A stretch of 64,000 bases of DNA from an uncultured Candidatus Saccharibacteria bacterium. GTDB lineage: Bacteria; Patescibacteriota; Minisyncoccia; Portnoybacterales; UBA2143. The stretch is from positions 2,025 through 66,024 of the forward strand of contig CAZMCO010000001.1 in NCBI GenBank assembly GCA_964565215.1. The letters are read 5' to 3'. Positions within the stretch are counted from its first letter, which is position 1. The number at the start of each line of letters is the position of its first letter. Under the pieces are notes generated by a model. It ran no database searches. It was given only the letters and a program-made list of their open reading frames with translations, and had not been told where the DNA came from. Positions 8,928-17,860 of this stretch are shown here, in pieces. The translations under genes were made by a program, and so were the position numbers.

Positions 8928-10936
8928 ACTGCCTTAAAATCACATTCTTTATTACTGCACTTAACTTTATTATTTTTTGCTTGAACTAACAAAGAGCCGC
9001 ATTTGGGACATTTTTCTCCAGTCGGTTTATCCCATAAGGCAAAGTCGCATTTGGGGTATTGGGAACAAGAATAAAATATTTTTCCCTTTCTGGTTTTTCT
9101 TTCAATGATTTCACCTTGACCGCATTTAGGACAGACGACTCCCGTTGAGTTAATTATTGGTTCGGTATATTTGCATTCCGGGAAACCAGAACAAGCATAA
9201 AATTTGCCAAAGCGGCCTAATTTAATAATTATTGGCTGACCGCATTTGGGACATTTTTTATCAGTCGGTTCTTCAAGTTTTTTCTTGACCACTTTTTTCT
9301 CTTTTTCGAGAAGATTAGCATGAAATGGCTGATAAAAATCCTTAAGGACAGTTAGCCAATTTTGTTGACCTTTGGCAATTCTATCCAAATCTTCTTCTAA
9401 ATAAGCGGTAAATTTAATGTCAACAATTTTAGGGAAGTTTTCTACTAAAAGATTGTTGACTAAAAGACCAATCTCTGTGGGAATAAATTTTCTTTGTTCA
9501 TTTTTTTCAACATAGCCGCGCTCCTGAATAGTGCCGATTATCGGCGCATAAGTTGAAGGTCGACCAATGCCATATTCTTCTAATGTTTTAACCAAAGAGG
9601 CCTCATTATAACGGGCTGGCGGCTGGGTAAAATGTTGTTCAGAAAAAAGTTTAATTAGTTTCAGTATTTCTTCTTTATTTAAAGAAGGAAGAATAGTTTC
9701 TTTTAATTTAGTTGGATAAACCTTAAAAAAGCCGTCAAATTTGATAATTGAACCATTGGCTCGGAAAAGATAATTTTTTCCTGAAATATCAACGGCAGTG
9801 GAATCCAAAACAGCTGGCTGCATTTGGCAGGCAATAAACCTTTGCCAAATTAACTGATATAATTTGTCAGTTGACTGGCGATTAACTTGAGTTGGTCTAA
9901 TCGCCTCATGAGCTTCTTGAGCGCCTTTTGTTTTGGTCTTATAAATTCTCGGACTGGCTAAAGTATAATTTTGACCAAATTTGTTTTTAATAAATTCTTG
10001 GGTAGATTTCAAAGCTTCTTTAGAAATATTTAAAGAGTCGGTCCGATGATAGGTAATCAGGCCGTCTTCATAAAGCTGCTGGGCAATTCTCATTGTTTGT
10101 TTAGCGGACAATCCTAATTTTTTAACCGCTTCTTGCTGGAGAGTGCTAGTAGTAAAAGGCGGCGCCGGATATCTTTTTACTTCCTTGCTTTCAATATTAA
10201 CTACTTTATATTTTGCTCCCTTTAAATCTTTTAATATCTTATCTGCTTCTTGTTTTACTTTGATGCCTAACTTGTTAATTGCCTTATCATCTTTTTTTAT
10301 TAGTCGAGCAATAAACTCGTCTGATTGATTTTCTTTCTGGAGTTTTACCTCAATACTCCAATATTCTTCTGGTTTAAAATCCTTAATTTCTTTTTCTCGT
10401 TCAACAATTAGTCGGACAGTCACCGATTGGACCCGGCCAGCTGATAATCCCTTAACTATTTTTTTCCATAAAAAAGGCGATAGTTCATAGCCGACTAACC
10501 TGTCTAAGATTCGTCGGGTCTGTTGGGCATTAACTGAATCCATATCAATTTGTCGTGGATTTTTCAATGCTTCTTCAATGGCTTTTTTTGTTATTTCATG
10601 AAAGACAATCCTTTGGTAATCTTTGCCATCTAAATCGAGAATTTTGACTAAATGCCAGGCAATAGCTTCTCCTTCTCGATCTTGGTCTGTAGCTAAAATT
10701 ATCATGTCTGTTTTTTTAGCCGCTTTTTTAAGTTCTGCGACTACTTTTCGCGCTTTAACAAGAATAACATACTTTGGCTTAAAATTGTCTTTGACATCAA
10801 CGCCGAGCTCTCTTTTGGGTAAGTCGCGAATATGACCATAAGAAGATTTGACCGAATAATCGCGGCTCAAGAATTTAGAAATAGTATTTGCTTTACTCGG
10901 TGATTCAACGATAATTAAGTTCATATAAAATGTCAT
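8915..10936 (-). CDS. topA: DNA topoisomerase I with C-terminal zinc-ribbon repeats
   Basis: TOPRIM N-terminus (LIIVESPSKA) and multiple C4 zinc fingers in the C-terminus. The true start is probably the internal ATG at 10924. Confidence 0.95.
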   Translation of the reverse strand: MTFYMNLIIVESPSKANTISKFLSRDYSVKSSYGHIRDLPKRELGVDVKDNFKPKYVILVKARKVVAELKKAAKKTDMIILATDQDREGEAIAWHLVKILDLDGKDYQRIVFHEITKKAIEEALKNPRQIDMDSVNAQQTRRILDRLVGYELSPFLWKKIVKGLSAGRVQSVTVRLIVEREKEIKDFKPEEYWSIEVKLQKENQSDEFIARLIKKDDKAINKLGIKVKQEADKILKDLKGAKYKVVNIESKEVKRYPAPPFTTSTLQQEAVKKLGLSAKQTMRIAQQLYEDGLITYHRTDSLNISKEALKSTQEFIKNKFGQNYTLASPRIYKTKTKGAQEAHEAIRPTQVNRQSTDKLYQLIWQRFIACQMQPAVLDSTAVDISGKNYLFRANGSIIKFDGFFKVYPTKLKETILPSLNKEEILKLIKLFSEQHFTQPPARYNEASLVKTLEEYGIGRPSTYAPIIGTIQERGYVEKNEQRKFIPTEIGLLVNNLLVENFPKIVDIKFTAYLEEDLDRIAKGQQNWLTVLKDFYQPFHANLLEKEKKVVKKKLEEPTDKKCPKCGQPIIIKLGRFGKFYACSGFPECKYTEPIINSTGVVCPKCGQGEIIERKTRKGKIFYSCSQYPKCDFALWDKPTGEKCPKCGSLLVQAKNNKVKCSNKECDFKAVEKK

Positions 10937-11795
10937 TGGCCTGGCTGACTAATTTAGCTCCCATTTTTATTAAATTATTAGGGCCCAAAGAATTTTTAGC
11001 CAGAATAGGACCAGGAATAGCAAAAACATCTCTGTTTTGCTCTAAAGCATCTTTGGCAGTGATTAAGGCGCCGCTTTTTTCAGGCGCCTCAATAACTAAG
11101 ATACCTAAACTTAAACCAGAAATGATTCGATTACGCTGAGGAAAATGCTGAGCTAAAGGTTCAGCGCCAATAGGGAATTCGCTAATAACTGCTCCCTTTT
11201 GACTAATTTCTTCAGCCAGGTGTCGATTAATAGAAGGATAGATACTTTTTTTGTCTAAGCCCGAACCCAAGACAGCAATGGTTCGACCATTAGCTTTCAG
11301 AGCCGCTTGGTGAGCTAAGGTGTCAATTCCTTTGGCTAAGCCACTAATAATAGTTAAGCCAGCTCCGGCTAAATCAGACGTTATTAAAGGAGTAATCTGC
11401 TGACCGTAAGAAGAAAGTTTTCTGGTGCCAACAATAGCCAGGCTGAATTCGTCATTCAATTCAAGTTTGCCGCGGATATAAAGAAGAGCTGGTGGACTAT
11501 AAATCTCTTTAAGCAATTTAGGATAATTTTTATCTAAAATAGTAATTAAGTCAATCCCTTCTTTAGTTAATCTTTCCATCTGCTCACTTGGATTAATCTG
11601 GGGACGTTGTTTTTTAATTTGTTCAATAACAAAGTTTTCTAAGCCAGCTTGTCTAAGTTGATTAATTTCTATTGACCAGGCTTCTTCCAATGAGTTAAAA
11701 TGAGCCAGTAGTTTTTTAAAAGCAATTGGGCCAAGGCCGTCAATTAGATTAAAGGCATTGAAATATTTTGTCTCGGGGTTGACAAATTCTGTCAT
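10905..11795 (-). CDS. dprA: DNA-processing protein DprA/Smf
   Basis: Rossmann-like DprA core (AIVGTRKLSSYG...GLAKGIDT..AH); 296 aa. Confidence 0.9.
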   Translation of the reverse strand: MTEFVNPETKYFNAFNLIDGLGPIAFKKLLAHFNSLEEAWSIEINQLRQAGLENFVIEQIKKQRPQINPSEQMERLTKEGIDLITILDKNYPKLLKEIYSPPALLYIRGKLELNDEFSLAIVGTRKLSSYGQQITPLITSDLAGAGLTIISGLAKGIDTLAHQAALKANGRTIAVLGSGLDKKSIYPSINRHLAEEISQKGAVISEFPIGAEPLAQHFPQRNRIISGLSLGILVIEAPEKSGALITAKDALEQNRDVFAIPGPILAKNSLGPNNLIKMGAKLVSQANDILYELNYR

Positions 11796-11806
11796 TTTGG
11801 TATACT
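11779..11806 (+). promoter_or_regulatory. near-consensus sigma70-type promoter (TTGACA-16-TATACT) reading rightwards
   Basis: Direct read of the hexamers. It overlaps the dprA start codon on the opposite strand. Confidence 0.5.
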
Positions 11807-11820
11807 ATTATTATCTTTAA

Positions 11821-11953
11821 TCTCCATAGGCCTGCCTAGTGAGTAACCAATATCTGGGCCAATCCCTCCTAAAGGTTCAGTGAGGTTTGAATATTAGGGA
11901 TACTCTGCTTTTGTGGATTTGTCCCTAAGGCTCCTAGGTAGGCTTATGGAGAT
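11821..11953 (+). ncRNA. candidate structured RNA / long leader hairpin (18-bp closing stem with two G-U pairs enclosing ~95 nt)
   Basis: Left arm ctccataggcctgcctag at 11821-11838 pairs with right arm ctaggtaggcttatggag at 11934-11951. The two mismatches are G:T on the + strand only. An internal atccct/agggat stem is also present. Confidence 0.35.
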
Positions 11954-11995
11954 TAATAATTAATAGTTCTTTAATATTTAAATAAGGAGATAGGG

Positions 11996-12235
11996 ATGAA
12001 AAAGAAGATTTTAAGTTGGGTTTTAGGTTTTTTTGGTCTTTTGGGATTCGCGATGGTTTTTGGCGGAGTGATTGGAGCTCATGGCGATTATAAAAAAGGA
12101 GTCATTGTTGCTGTGGTTGGGTTAGGAATGATGATCTTAATTTTTGTTGTAAATTATCTTTGTAGCCGTTTTTCCTATCGGCCTCGGCCGCTGCCCATGG
12201 ATAAAAAATGGGATAAACTCAAAAAAGCATTATAG
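11996..12235 (+). CDS. small hydrophobic membrane protein (2 TM), hypothetical
   Basis: Shine-Dalgarno aaggag lies 8 nt upstream of the ATG; 79 aa with two hydrophobic helices. Confidence 0.5.
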   Translation: MKKKILSWVLGFFGLLGFAMVFGGVIGAHGDYKKGVIVAVVGLGMMILIFVVNYLCSRFSYRPRPLPMDKKWDKLKKAL

Positions 12236-12240
12236 CTTTA

Positions 12241-12765
12241 CTATAGGGCTGTCATAATCATTTGGACAGCCCTTTTTATTATCTCTTGGACAACTTTTTC
12301 TTCTTCCAGAGTAAATTTGTCTAAGACAAATTTTTCAGTATTAAGACAGGCCTCTGAAAAAATTCCAACTCTCATTCTAATAAAATCCTTAGTATTTAGT
12401 TGGTCAATAATTGATTGAACTCCTTTATGGCCAGCTGCCCCGCGACTTTTTTGGATTCGCATTTCTCCTAAAGGCAAATCAATATCATCCTGAATAACCA
12501 GGATTTCTTCAGTTGGAATTTTATAATACTTAATTAATAACTTAACCGCTAAACCAGAATTATTCATAAAAGTTTGCGGTTTGGCTAAAATAATTTTTTC
12601 TTTATTAAAATGTCCTTGGGCTATTGAGGCATGAAATTGCAAATCTATTTTCCAATGATTAAGTTTTATTCGGCTAGCTAATTCTTCAATAACTCGCCAG
12701 CCGAGATTATGCCGGGTTTTTTCATATTTAATTCCTGGATTGCCTAAGCTAACGATTAATTTCAT
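12241..12765 (-). CDS. pth: peptidyl-tRNA hydrolase
   Basis: N-terminus LIVGLGNPG..Y..TRHN is diagnostic for Pth. Confidence 0.9.
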   Translation of the reverse strand: MKLIVSLGNPGIKYEKTRHNLGWRVIEELASRIKLNHWKIDLQFHASIAQGHFNKEKIILAKPQTFMNNSGLAVKLLIKYYKIPTEEILVIQDDIDLPLGEMRIQKSRGAAGHKGVQSIIDQLNTKDFIRMRVGIFSEACLNTEKFVLDKFTLEEEKVVQEIIKRAVQMIMTAL

Positions 12766-12770
12766 AGATT

Positions 12771-13754
12771 TTAAGGACGCACCTTAATGTACTCATGTAT
12801 CTCGTTGTAATTACCCTGACCAACTTTGGGATAAACAACCGAAGCCACTTGTTTGCCAAACATTACTTGGTCACCAACTAACAAATTGGTCCGCTTTTTA
12901 TCAATAACCAAATGAGTTATCTGATCTACATTAAGTTCTTGGGCTGTCTGCCAGAGAGATTTCATTTCCATTAGACCGAGATCAGTTTGAATATGGTTTT
13001 TAAGGGTATTAAAGATTTTAAAATAAGTAGGGAAGTTCCAGAGAGGATTAAGAGCCAGAACTTTTTGCTTAACCAGCCGGATAATCTGTTGCTGCCGAGC
13101 CATCCGGTCAAAATCGCCATTAGGCGAAGTATAGCGAGTGCGAATATATTTAAGAGTACTCTCGCCATCTAAATAACGCCAACCAGCCTTGAGAACAAAG
13201 GCCTGATAAGTATAATTTGCTCCGGGGAAATAAGGGTCATCAATATCTTGAGGAACATAAACATTAAGTCCATCAACTAATTTAATGATTTCTTTAACCA
13301 CGGCTAAATCAACTAAAATATAATGGTCAATAGATAAGTCAGTAATTTCTTCTACTTTTTCTCTAAGTCCTTCAATGCCAACTAAATAATAAAGAGAGTT
13401 AATTTTGGTGAAATTATCCTGACCAGGCACTTTGACTAATAAATCACGCGGTAAAGAAATTAAAGTTGCTCTCCCTTCAACTGGTCCTAAATGAACTAAG
13501 ATAATTGTATCAGTCAGGTCTCCTCCGGAATATCCTTGGCCTGGTCGGCCGAGGACAAGAATATTCTTTTCCATTGATTTATTATTTGAAAATAAAGATG
13601 AAATATTTTTAAAAATAGAAGTTTCTTTTTTGGGAATTGATTTTTCAAGTTTTGAAGATACTTCCATAGAAGAAGAAGGAATTAATTTGATAAGAAAAAA
13701 TAGACCAATGAAAATTGATAAAGCCAAGCCAGCGATTTTTAAAAACTTAACCAT
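12771..13754 (-). CDS. LytR-CpsA-Psr (LCP) family cell-envelope phosphotransferase
   Basis: N-terminal TM followed by the LCP core (DTIILVHL...SLPRD). Confidence 0.8.
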   Translation of the reverse strand: MVKFLKIAGLALSIFIGLFFLIKLIPSSSMEVSSKLEKSIPKKETSIFKNISSLFSNNKSMEKNILVLGRPGQGYSGGDLTDTIILVHLGPVEGRATLISLPRDLLVKVPGQDNFTKINSLYYLVGIEGLREKVEEITDLSIDHYILVDLAVVKEIIKLVDGLNVYVPQDIDDPYFPGANYTYQAFVLKAGWRYLDGESTLKYIRTRYTSPNGDFDRMARQQQIIRLVKQKVLALNPLWNFPTYFKIFNTLKNHIQTDLGLMEMKSLWQTAQELNVDQITHLVIDKKRTNLLVGDQVMFGKQVASVVYPKVGQGNYNEIHEYIKVRP

Positions 13755-13815
13755 TTCTATTAAATAGTATACCAGATTTGCTTTTCTTTGAGAAATAAGT
13801 TAGAATCAAACTAAA

Positions 13816-14352
13816 ATGAAAAAAATATTCGTTTTCATCTGGGAAACTTTCAAAATAGTAGTTATTTCCTTGGCGATTATTATTCCAGTTCGCTATTTTT
13901 TGATTCAGCCTTTTTTCGTTCGAGGAGCTTCCATGGAGCCCAATTTTGACAATGGTCAATATCTGGTTATTAATGAGATAGGTTATCGTTTTGAAGAGCC
14001 GCAACGAAAAGAAGTTGTAGTTTTCAAGTATCCCCTGGATCCCAGTCAGTATTATATTAAACGAATAATTGGCTTACCCAACGAGACAATTGAGATTAAA
14101 AACAACCAAGTGATTATCTATAATTTGGAATTTCCCCAAGGAAAAATTTTAGACGAGTCCTCTTATTTAGCTGCTGGGACAATCACTTGGGGAGAAACTA
14201 AGGTCAAATTAGCTAAGGATGAATATTTTGTCTTAGGTGATAATCGTCAGGCCAGCTCTGATTCTCGTCAATGGGGAATTCTTACCAGGAAAAATGTTAT
14301 TGGTCGAGTTTGGTTGCGAGCCTGGCCTTTTGATCAACTAACTATATTTTAA
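13816..14352 (+). CDS. lepB: signal peptidase I
   Basis: SMEP catalytic Ser box and a GDNR..S.DSR box. Confidence 0.85.
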   Translation: MKKIFVFIWETFKIVVISLAIIIPVRYFLIQPFFVRGASMEPNFDNGQYLVINEIGYRFEEPQRKEVVVFKYPLDPSQYYIKRIIGLPNETIEIKNNQVIIYNLEFPQGKILDESSYLAAGTITWGETKVKLAKDEYFVLGDNRQASSDSRQWGILTRKNVIGRVWLRAWPFDQLTIF

Positions 14353-15642
14353 ATGTCATCTAAATCTAAAAAAACTTTTCAAGCTCCTAGAGGAATGCGG
14401 GACATTCTGCCTGAAGAACAGCTCTATTGGGAAAAAGTTAGGCAGGTGATTAAAAATTTAGCTCGCGCTTATGGTTTTGAACGTTTAGATACGCCAATTT
14501 TAGAAGAAGCGGACTTATTTATTAAAGGAACTGGCCTTTATACTGATATTGTGGAAAAAGAAATGTATAGTTTGAGAACCAAGGGTGGCGATAAGCTAAG
14601 TTTGCGTCCTGAATTTACTCCAGCTATAATAAGAGCTTATTTAGAAAATGGGTTATCTAGTTTGCCTCAGCCAATAAAGTTGTACACTCTGGGACCTATT
14701 TTTCGTTACGAAAGGCCTCAAAAAGGTCGTTATCGGCAGTCCTGGCAGGCAAATTTTGAGATTATTGGCCAAAAAGACCCAGTTCTTGATGCCCAATTAA
14801 TTCAATTATTTTTTGCTATAAGTAGAGAACTATCTCTTAAAAATTTAATTGTTCAAATTAATAGCATTGGCTGTTCTCGTTGCCGGCCAATTTATCGAAA
14901 AAAATTAGTCAGTTTTTATAGAAGCAGGAAAGATGAACTTTGTTCTAATTGCCAAAAACGGCTTAAAGAGAATCCCTTAAGATTATTAGATTGTAAAGAA
15001 AACAAGTGCCTGCGGATAACCCAAGAGGCGCCTCAAATTATTGACCAGTTATGCGAAGATTGTCATAACCATTTTAAAAATGTTTTAGAGTTTTTGGACG
15101 AATTAAACATCCCTTATATTCTGAATCCACATTTAGTTAGGGGTTTGGATTATTATACTAAAACAGTTTTTGAAATTTGGCCGGAAGAAGAGGAAGGACG
15201 GCAAATTGCCTTAGCTGGCGGTGGCCGCTATGATGATTTAATTAAACTTTTAGGCGGCAAGGAAACACCAGCTGTCGGTTTTGCTATGGGCTTAGACAGA
15301 ATAGTTGATTTGATGAAGACGAGAAATATCAAGATTAATTCAAGAAGCCGTCCCTTAATTTTCCTAATTCAGTTAGGGGATTTAGCCAAGAAAAAATCCC
15401 TTAAGTTATTTGAAGACTTAAGACAGGCTGGTTTAGAAATAATTGGTTCTTTCAGCCGCAATACTATCAAAAACCAACTTAGATTAGCTGACAAGGCAAA
15501 AGCGCGCTTTGCCTTAATTTTAGGACAAAAAGAGGTCTTAGATGAAACGATTATTATTAAAGATATGATTTCTGGTGTTCAAGAAACAATTCCTTTAAAT
15601 AAAGTGATTAAGGAACTAAAGAAAAAAATTAAAAATAAATGA
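14353..15642 (+). CDS. hisS: histidyl-tRNA synthetase with a Cys-rich insertion
   Basis: Class II motifs, an MRDILPEE N-terminus and a C-terminal anticodon-binding domain. The start ATG overlaps the lepB stop. Confidence 0.9.
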   Translation: MSSKSKKTFQAPRGMRDILPEEQLYWEKVRQVIKNLARAYGFERLDTPILEEADLFIKGTGLYTDIVEKEMYSLRTKGGDKLSLRPEFTPAIIRAYLENGLSSLPQPIKLYTLGPIFRYERPQKGRYRQSWQANFEIIGQKDPVLDAQLIQLFFAISRELSLKNLIVQINSIGCSRCRPIYRKKLVSFYRSRKDELCSNCQKRLKENPLRLLDCKENKCLRITQEAPQIIDQLCEDCHNHFKNVLEFLDELNIPYILNPHLVRGLDYYTKTVFEIWPEEEEGRQIALAGGGRYDDLIKLLGGKETPAVGFAMGLDRIVDLMKTRNIKINSRSRPLIFLIQLGDLAKKKSLKLFEDLRQAGLEIIGSFSRNTIKNQLRLADKAKARFALILGQKEVLDETIIIKDMISGVQETIPLNKVIKELKKKIKNK

Positions 15643-15645
15643 ATT

Positions 15646-15972
15646 ATGTGTCTTTTTTGTCAAATTGCTAATCATCAACAAAAAGCTGATATTGTTTACG
15701 AAAACGAAGAACTGATTGTTTTTAAAGACATTAATCCTAAAACATTGGTTCATCTATTGATTGTTCCTAAGAAGCATATTAAATCAATCAATGAATTGAT
15801 TGAGAAAGATAAAGATTTAGTCAGTCAGATGATTTTCTTAGCTAAGGACTTAGCTCAAAGGCAGGGCATCGCTGAAAATGGCTATCGCTTGACTTTTAAT
15901 GTTGGTCGAGGCGGTGGCCAGCTGATTGACCATCTTCACTTACATTTAATGGGAGGAGGTGAGATTAAATAA
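15646..15972 (+). CDS. HIT-family (histidine triad) nucleotide hydrolase
   Basis: HLHLHLMGG histidine triad; 108 aa. Confidence 0.85.
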   Translation: MCLFCQIANHQQKADIVYENEELIVFKDINPKTLVHLLIVPKKHIKSINELIEKDKDLVSQMIFLAKDLAQRQGIAENGYRLTFNVGRGGGQLIDHLHLHLMGGGEIK

Positions 15973-16191
15973 TTAGTTTAACTTCCAGAAAAAAATGGCT
16001 TTGGCTAGGTCTGGCCATTGCCATTCTTAATCCTGTTTTTTCCGGATTAATTATTGGTTTGGCTTTTTGGACTGAACCAGAACTGAAAAAAGAAGGCAAG
16101 ATAGTTCTGGCTGTAGCAATTATTTGGGGAATAATCTTTTCTTATTTGTTGCGTTGGTTAATTAGCCGCGGGTATTTACCTACTTATTAGA

Positions 16192-17313
16192 ATGAATAAA
16201 AACCTTTTTTATGCCACAGCCACTCTAATTGGTGCCATAGTTGGTGTAGGAATTTTCGGCGTTCCTTATGTGGTGGCTAAGGCCGGTTTTTTAATCGGTT
16301 TGCTTTTTTTATTTGGCTTAGGCGGGGTCGCTTTATTACTTCATTTATTTTACGGAGAAATTGTTTTACGAACACCAGGCAAACATCGTTATGTTGGCTA
16401 TGCGGGAATATATTTAGGCCAATGGGGTAAACGACTAATTACATTTACTTCTGTCTTTATTTTTTACGGCGCTTTACTGGCTTATATAATTGTCGCTGGT
16501 AAGTTTTTAGGAACAATTTTTGGCGGCTCTGATTTTATTTGGAGTTTAACTTTCTTTATTATTTGTTCGCTGGCGATTTTTTTTGGTTTAAGAGCGGTGG
16601 CTAAAATAGAAATCCTGATGAGTTTATTTTTAATCGCTGTTGTCGTTTTAATATTTGTTAAGGGATGGCCAGAAATTAAATTAGCTCATTTAGCTACTTT
16701 AAATTGGTCATATTTTTTTCTGCCTTATGGAATAATGCTTTGGGCCGTAATTGGCGGATCGGCCATTCCAGAAATGAAAGAGATTTTCAAACAAAATTAC
16801 CATTTTCTTAAAAAAGCTATTATCTGGGGAACTCTTTTGCCTGTCTTTCTCTACGGACTATTTATTTTGACAGTCGTTGGAGTAACTGGTCAGCAGACTT
16901 CGCCAGAAGCAATTGAGGGCTTGGTCGAGACATTAGAAAATCATACGGTTATTTTTGGAGCTATCTTTGGTCTTTTAGCCGTGGTCACTTCTTTTTTAGT
17001 TGTTGGTTTGTCCTTAAAAAAAACTTTTTGGTATGATTATAAAATTAACAAATATTTGGCTTGGGGGTTAACCTGTTTTGTCCCTTTAATCGCTTATTTG
17101 TGCAATCTGCGCGACTTTATTACAGTGATCGGTTTTTTAGGAGCCACTTTAGCCGGTTTACAGATGATTCTTTTAATTCTAATTTATCAGCGGGCTAAAA
17201 AAACAGGTCAGCGCCAGCCAGAATATTCCCTGAAACTGCCTCCAATTGTCCTTTACGGACTAATTTTAATCTTGGGCTTAGGAATTATTTACCAAATCAT
17301 TTATTATTTATAA
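16192..17313 (+). CDS. polytopic membrane transporter, amino-acid permease-like (APC/AAAP fold)
   Basis: About 11 predicted TM helices; the N-terminal IGAIVGVGIFGVP motif is typical of amino-acid transporters. Confidence 0.5.
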   Translation: MNKNLFYATATLIGAIVGVGIFGVPYVVAKAGFLIGLLFLFGLGGVALLLHLFYGEIVLRTPGKHRYVGYAGIYLGQWGKRLITFTSVFIFYGALLAYIIVAGKFLGTIFGGSDFIWSLTFFIICSLAIFFGLRAVAKIEILMSLFLIAVVVLIFVKGWPEIKLAHLATLNWSYFFLPYGIMLWAVIGGSAIPEMKEIFKQNYHFLKKAIIWGTLLPVFLYGLFILTVVGVTGQQTSPEAIEGLVETLENHTVIFGAIFGLLAVVTSFLVVGLSLKKTFWYDYKINKYLAWGLTCFVPLIAYLCNLRDFITVIGFLGATLAGLQMILLILIYQRAKKTGQRQPEYSLKLPPIVLYGLILILGLGIIYQIIYYL

Positions 17314-17360
17314 AGAAATATCTTGCCAAAAGGAAAATTAAGTAGTATATTGGGAATAAG

Positions 17361-17855
17361 ATGAAGAAAAATAATGTTTTTCACAGTCCAACTAAAGGCC
17401 GGATGAAACTAGCTAAAATAGTCAAGGAAATTTCTGATTTCATTAGTCAGGATTCACAAGATAAATATCAGTTAGTTGTCGGGACAGATTCTAATGGCGA
17501 TAAACGAGCTGATTTCGTCACCGCAATAATTGTTTATCGAGTTGGCCGCGGCGGCCGATATTTTTGGAAAAAAACTAATGGAGGTAAAATTTATCATACT
17601 CTTCGCGATCGTATCTATCAGGAGGTAAATTTATCATTGCAGACAGCTCAAGATATGCTTAAACAATTAAGCTCTTTATTAAAATCAGGCAAGGAACCCA
17701 GTTATGATTTTCAAATTCATATTGATGTTGGTCAAAATGGGCCAACCCGGGAAATGATTAGAGAAGTAGTTGGTATGGTTCGGGGTAATGGCTTTAAAGC
17801 CAAAATTAAACCAGAATCATACGCTGCTTCCAATATTGCCGATAGATATATCTAA
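17361..17855 (+). CDS. hypothetical protein, possibly DUF458/YkuK-like RNase H-fold
   Basis: The VVGTDS...FVTAIIV pattern weakly recalls the YkuK family; the assignment is uncertain. Confidence 0.3.
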   Translation: MKKNNVFHSPTKGRMKLAKIVKEISDFISQDSQDKYQLVVGTDSNGDKRADFVTAIIVYRVGRGGRYFWKKTNGGKIYHTLRDRIYQEVNLSLQTAQDMLKQLSSLLKSGKEPSYDFQIHIDVGQNGPTREMIREVVGMVRGNGFKAKIKPESYAASNIADRYI

Positions 17856-17860
17856 AATAA

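Noticed and set aside
11821-11953. Inverted-repeat element considered as a miniature transposable element (MITE)
   Set aside because: Strand-specific G-U compensation, no target-site duplication and placement right after a promoter favour an RNA structure. I cannot see the rest of the genome, so copy number is unknown.
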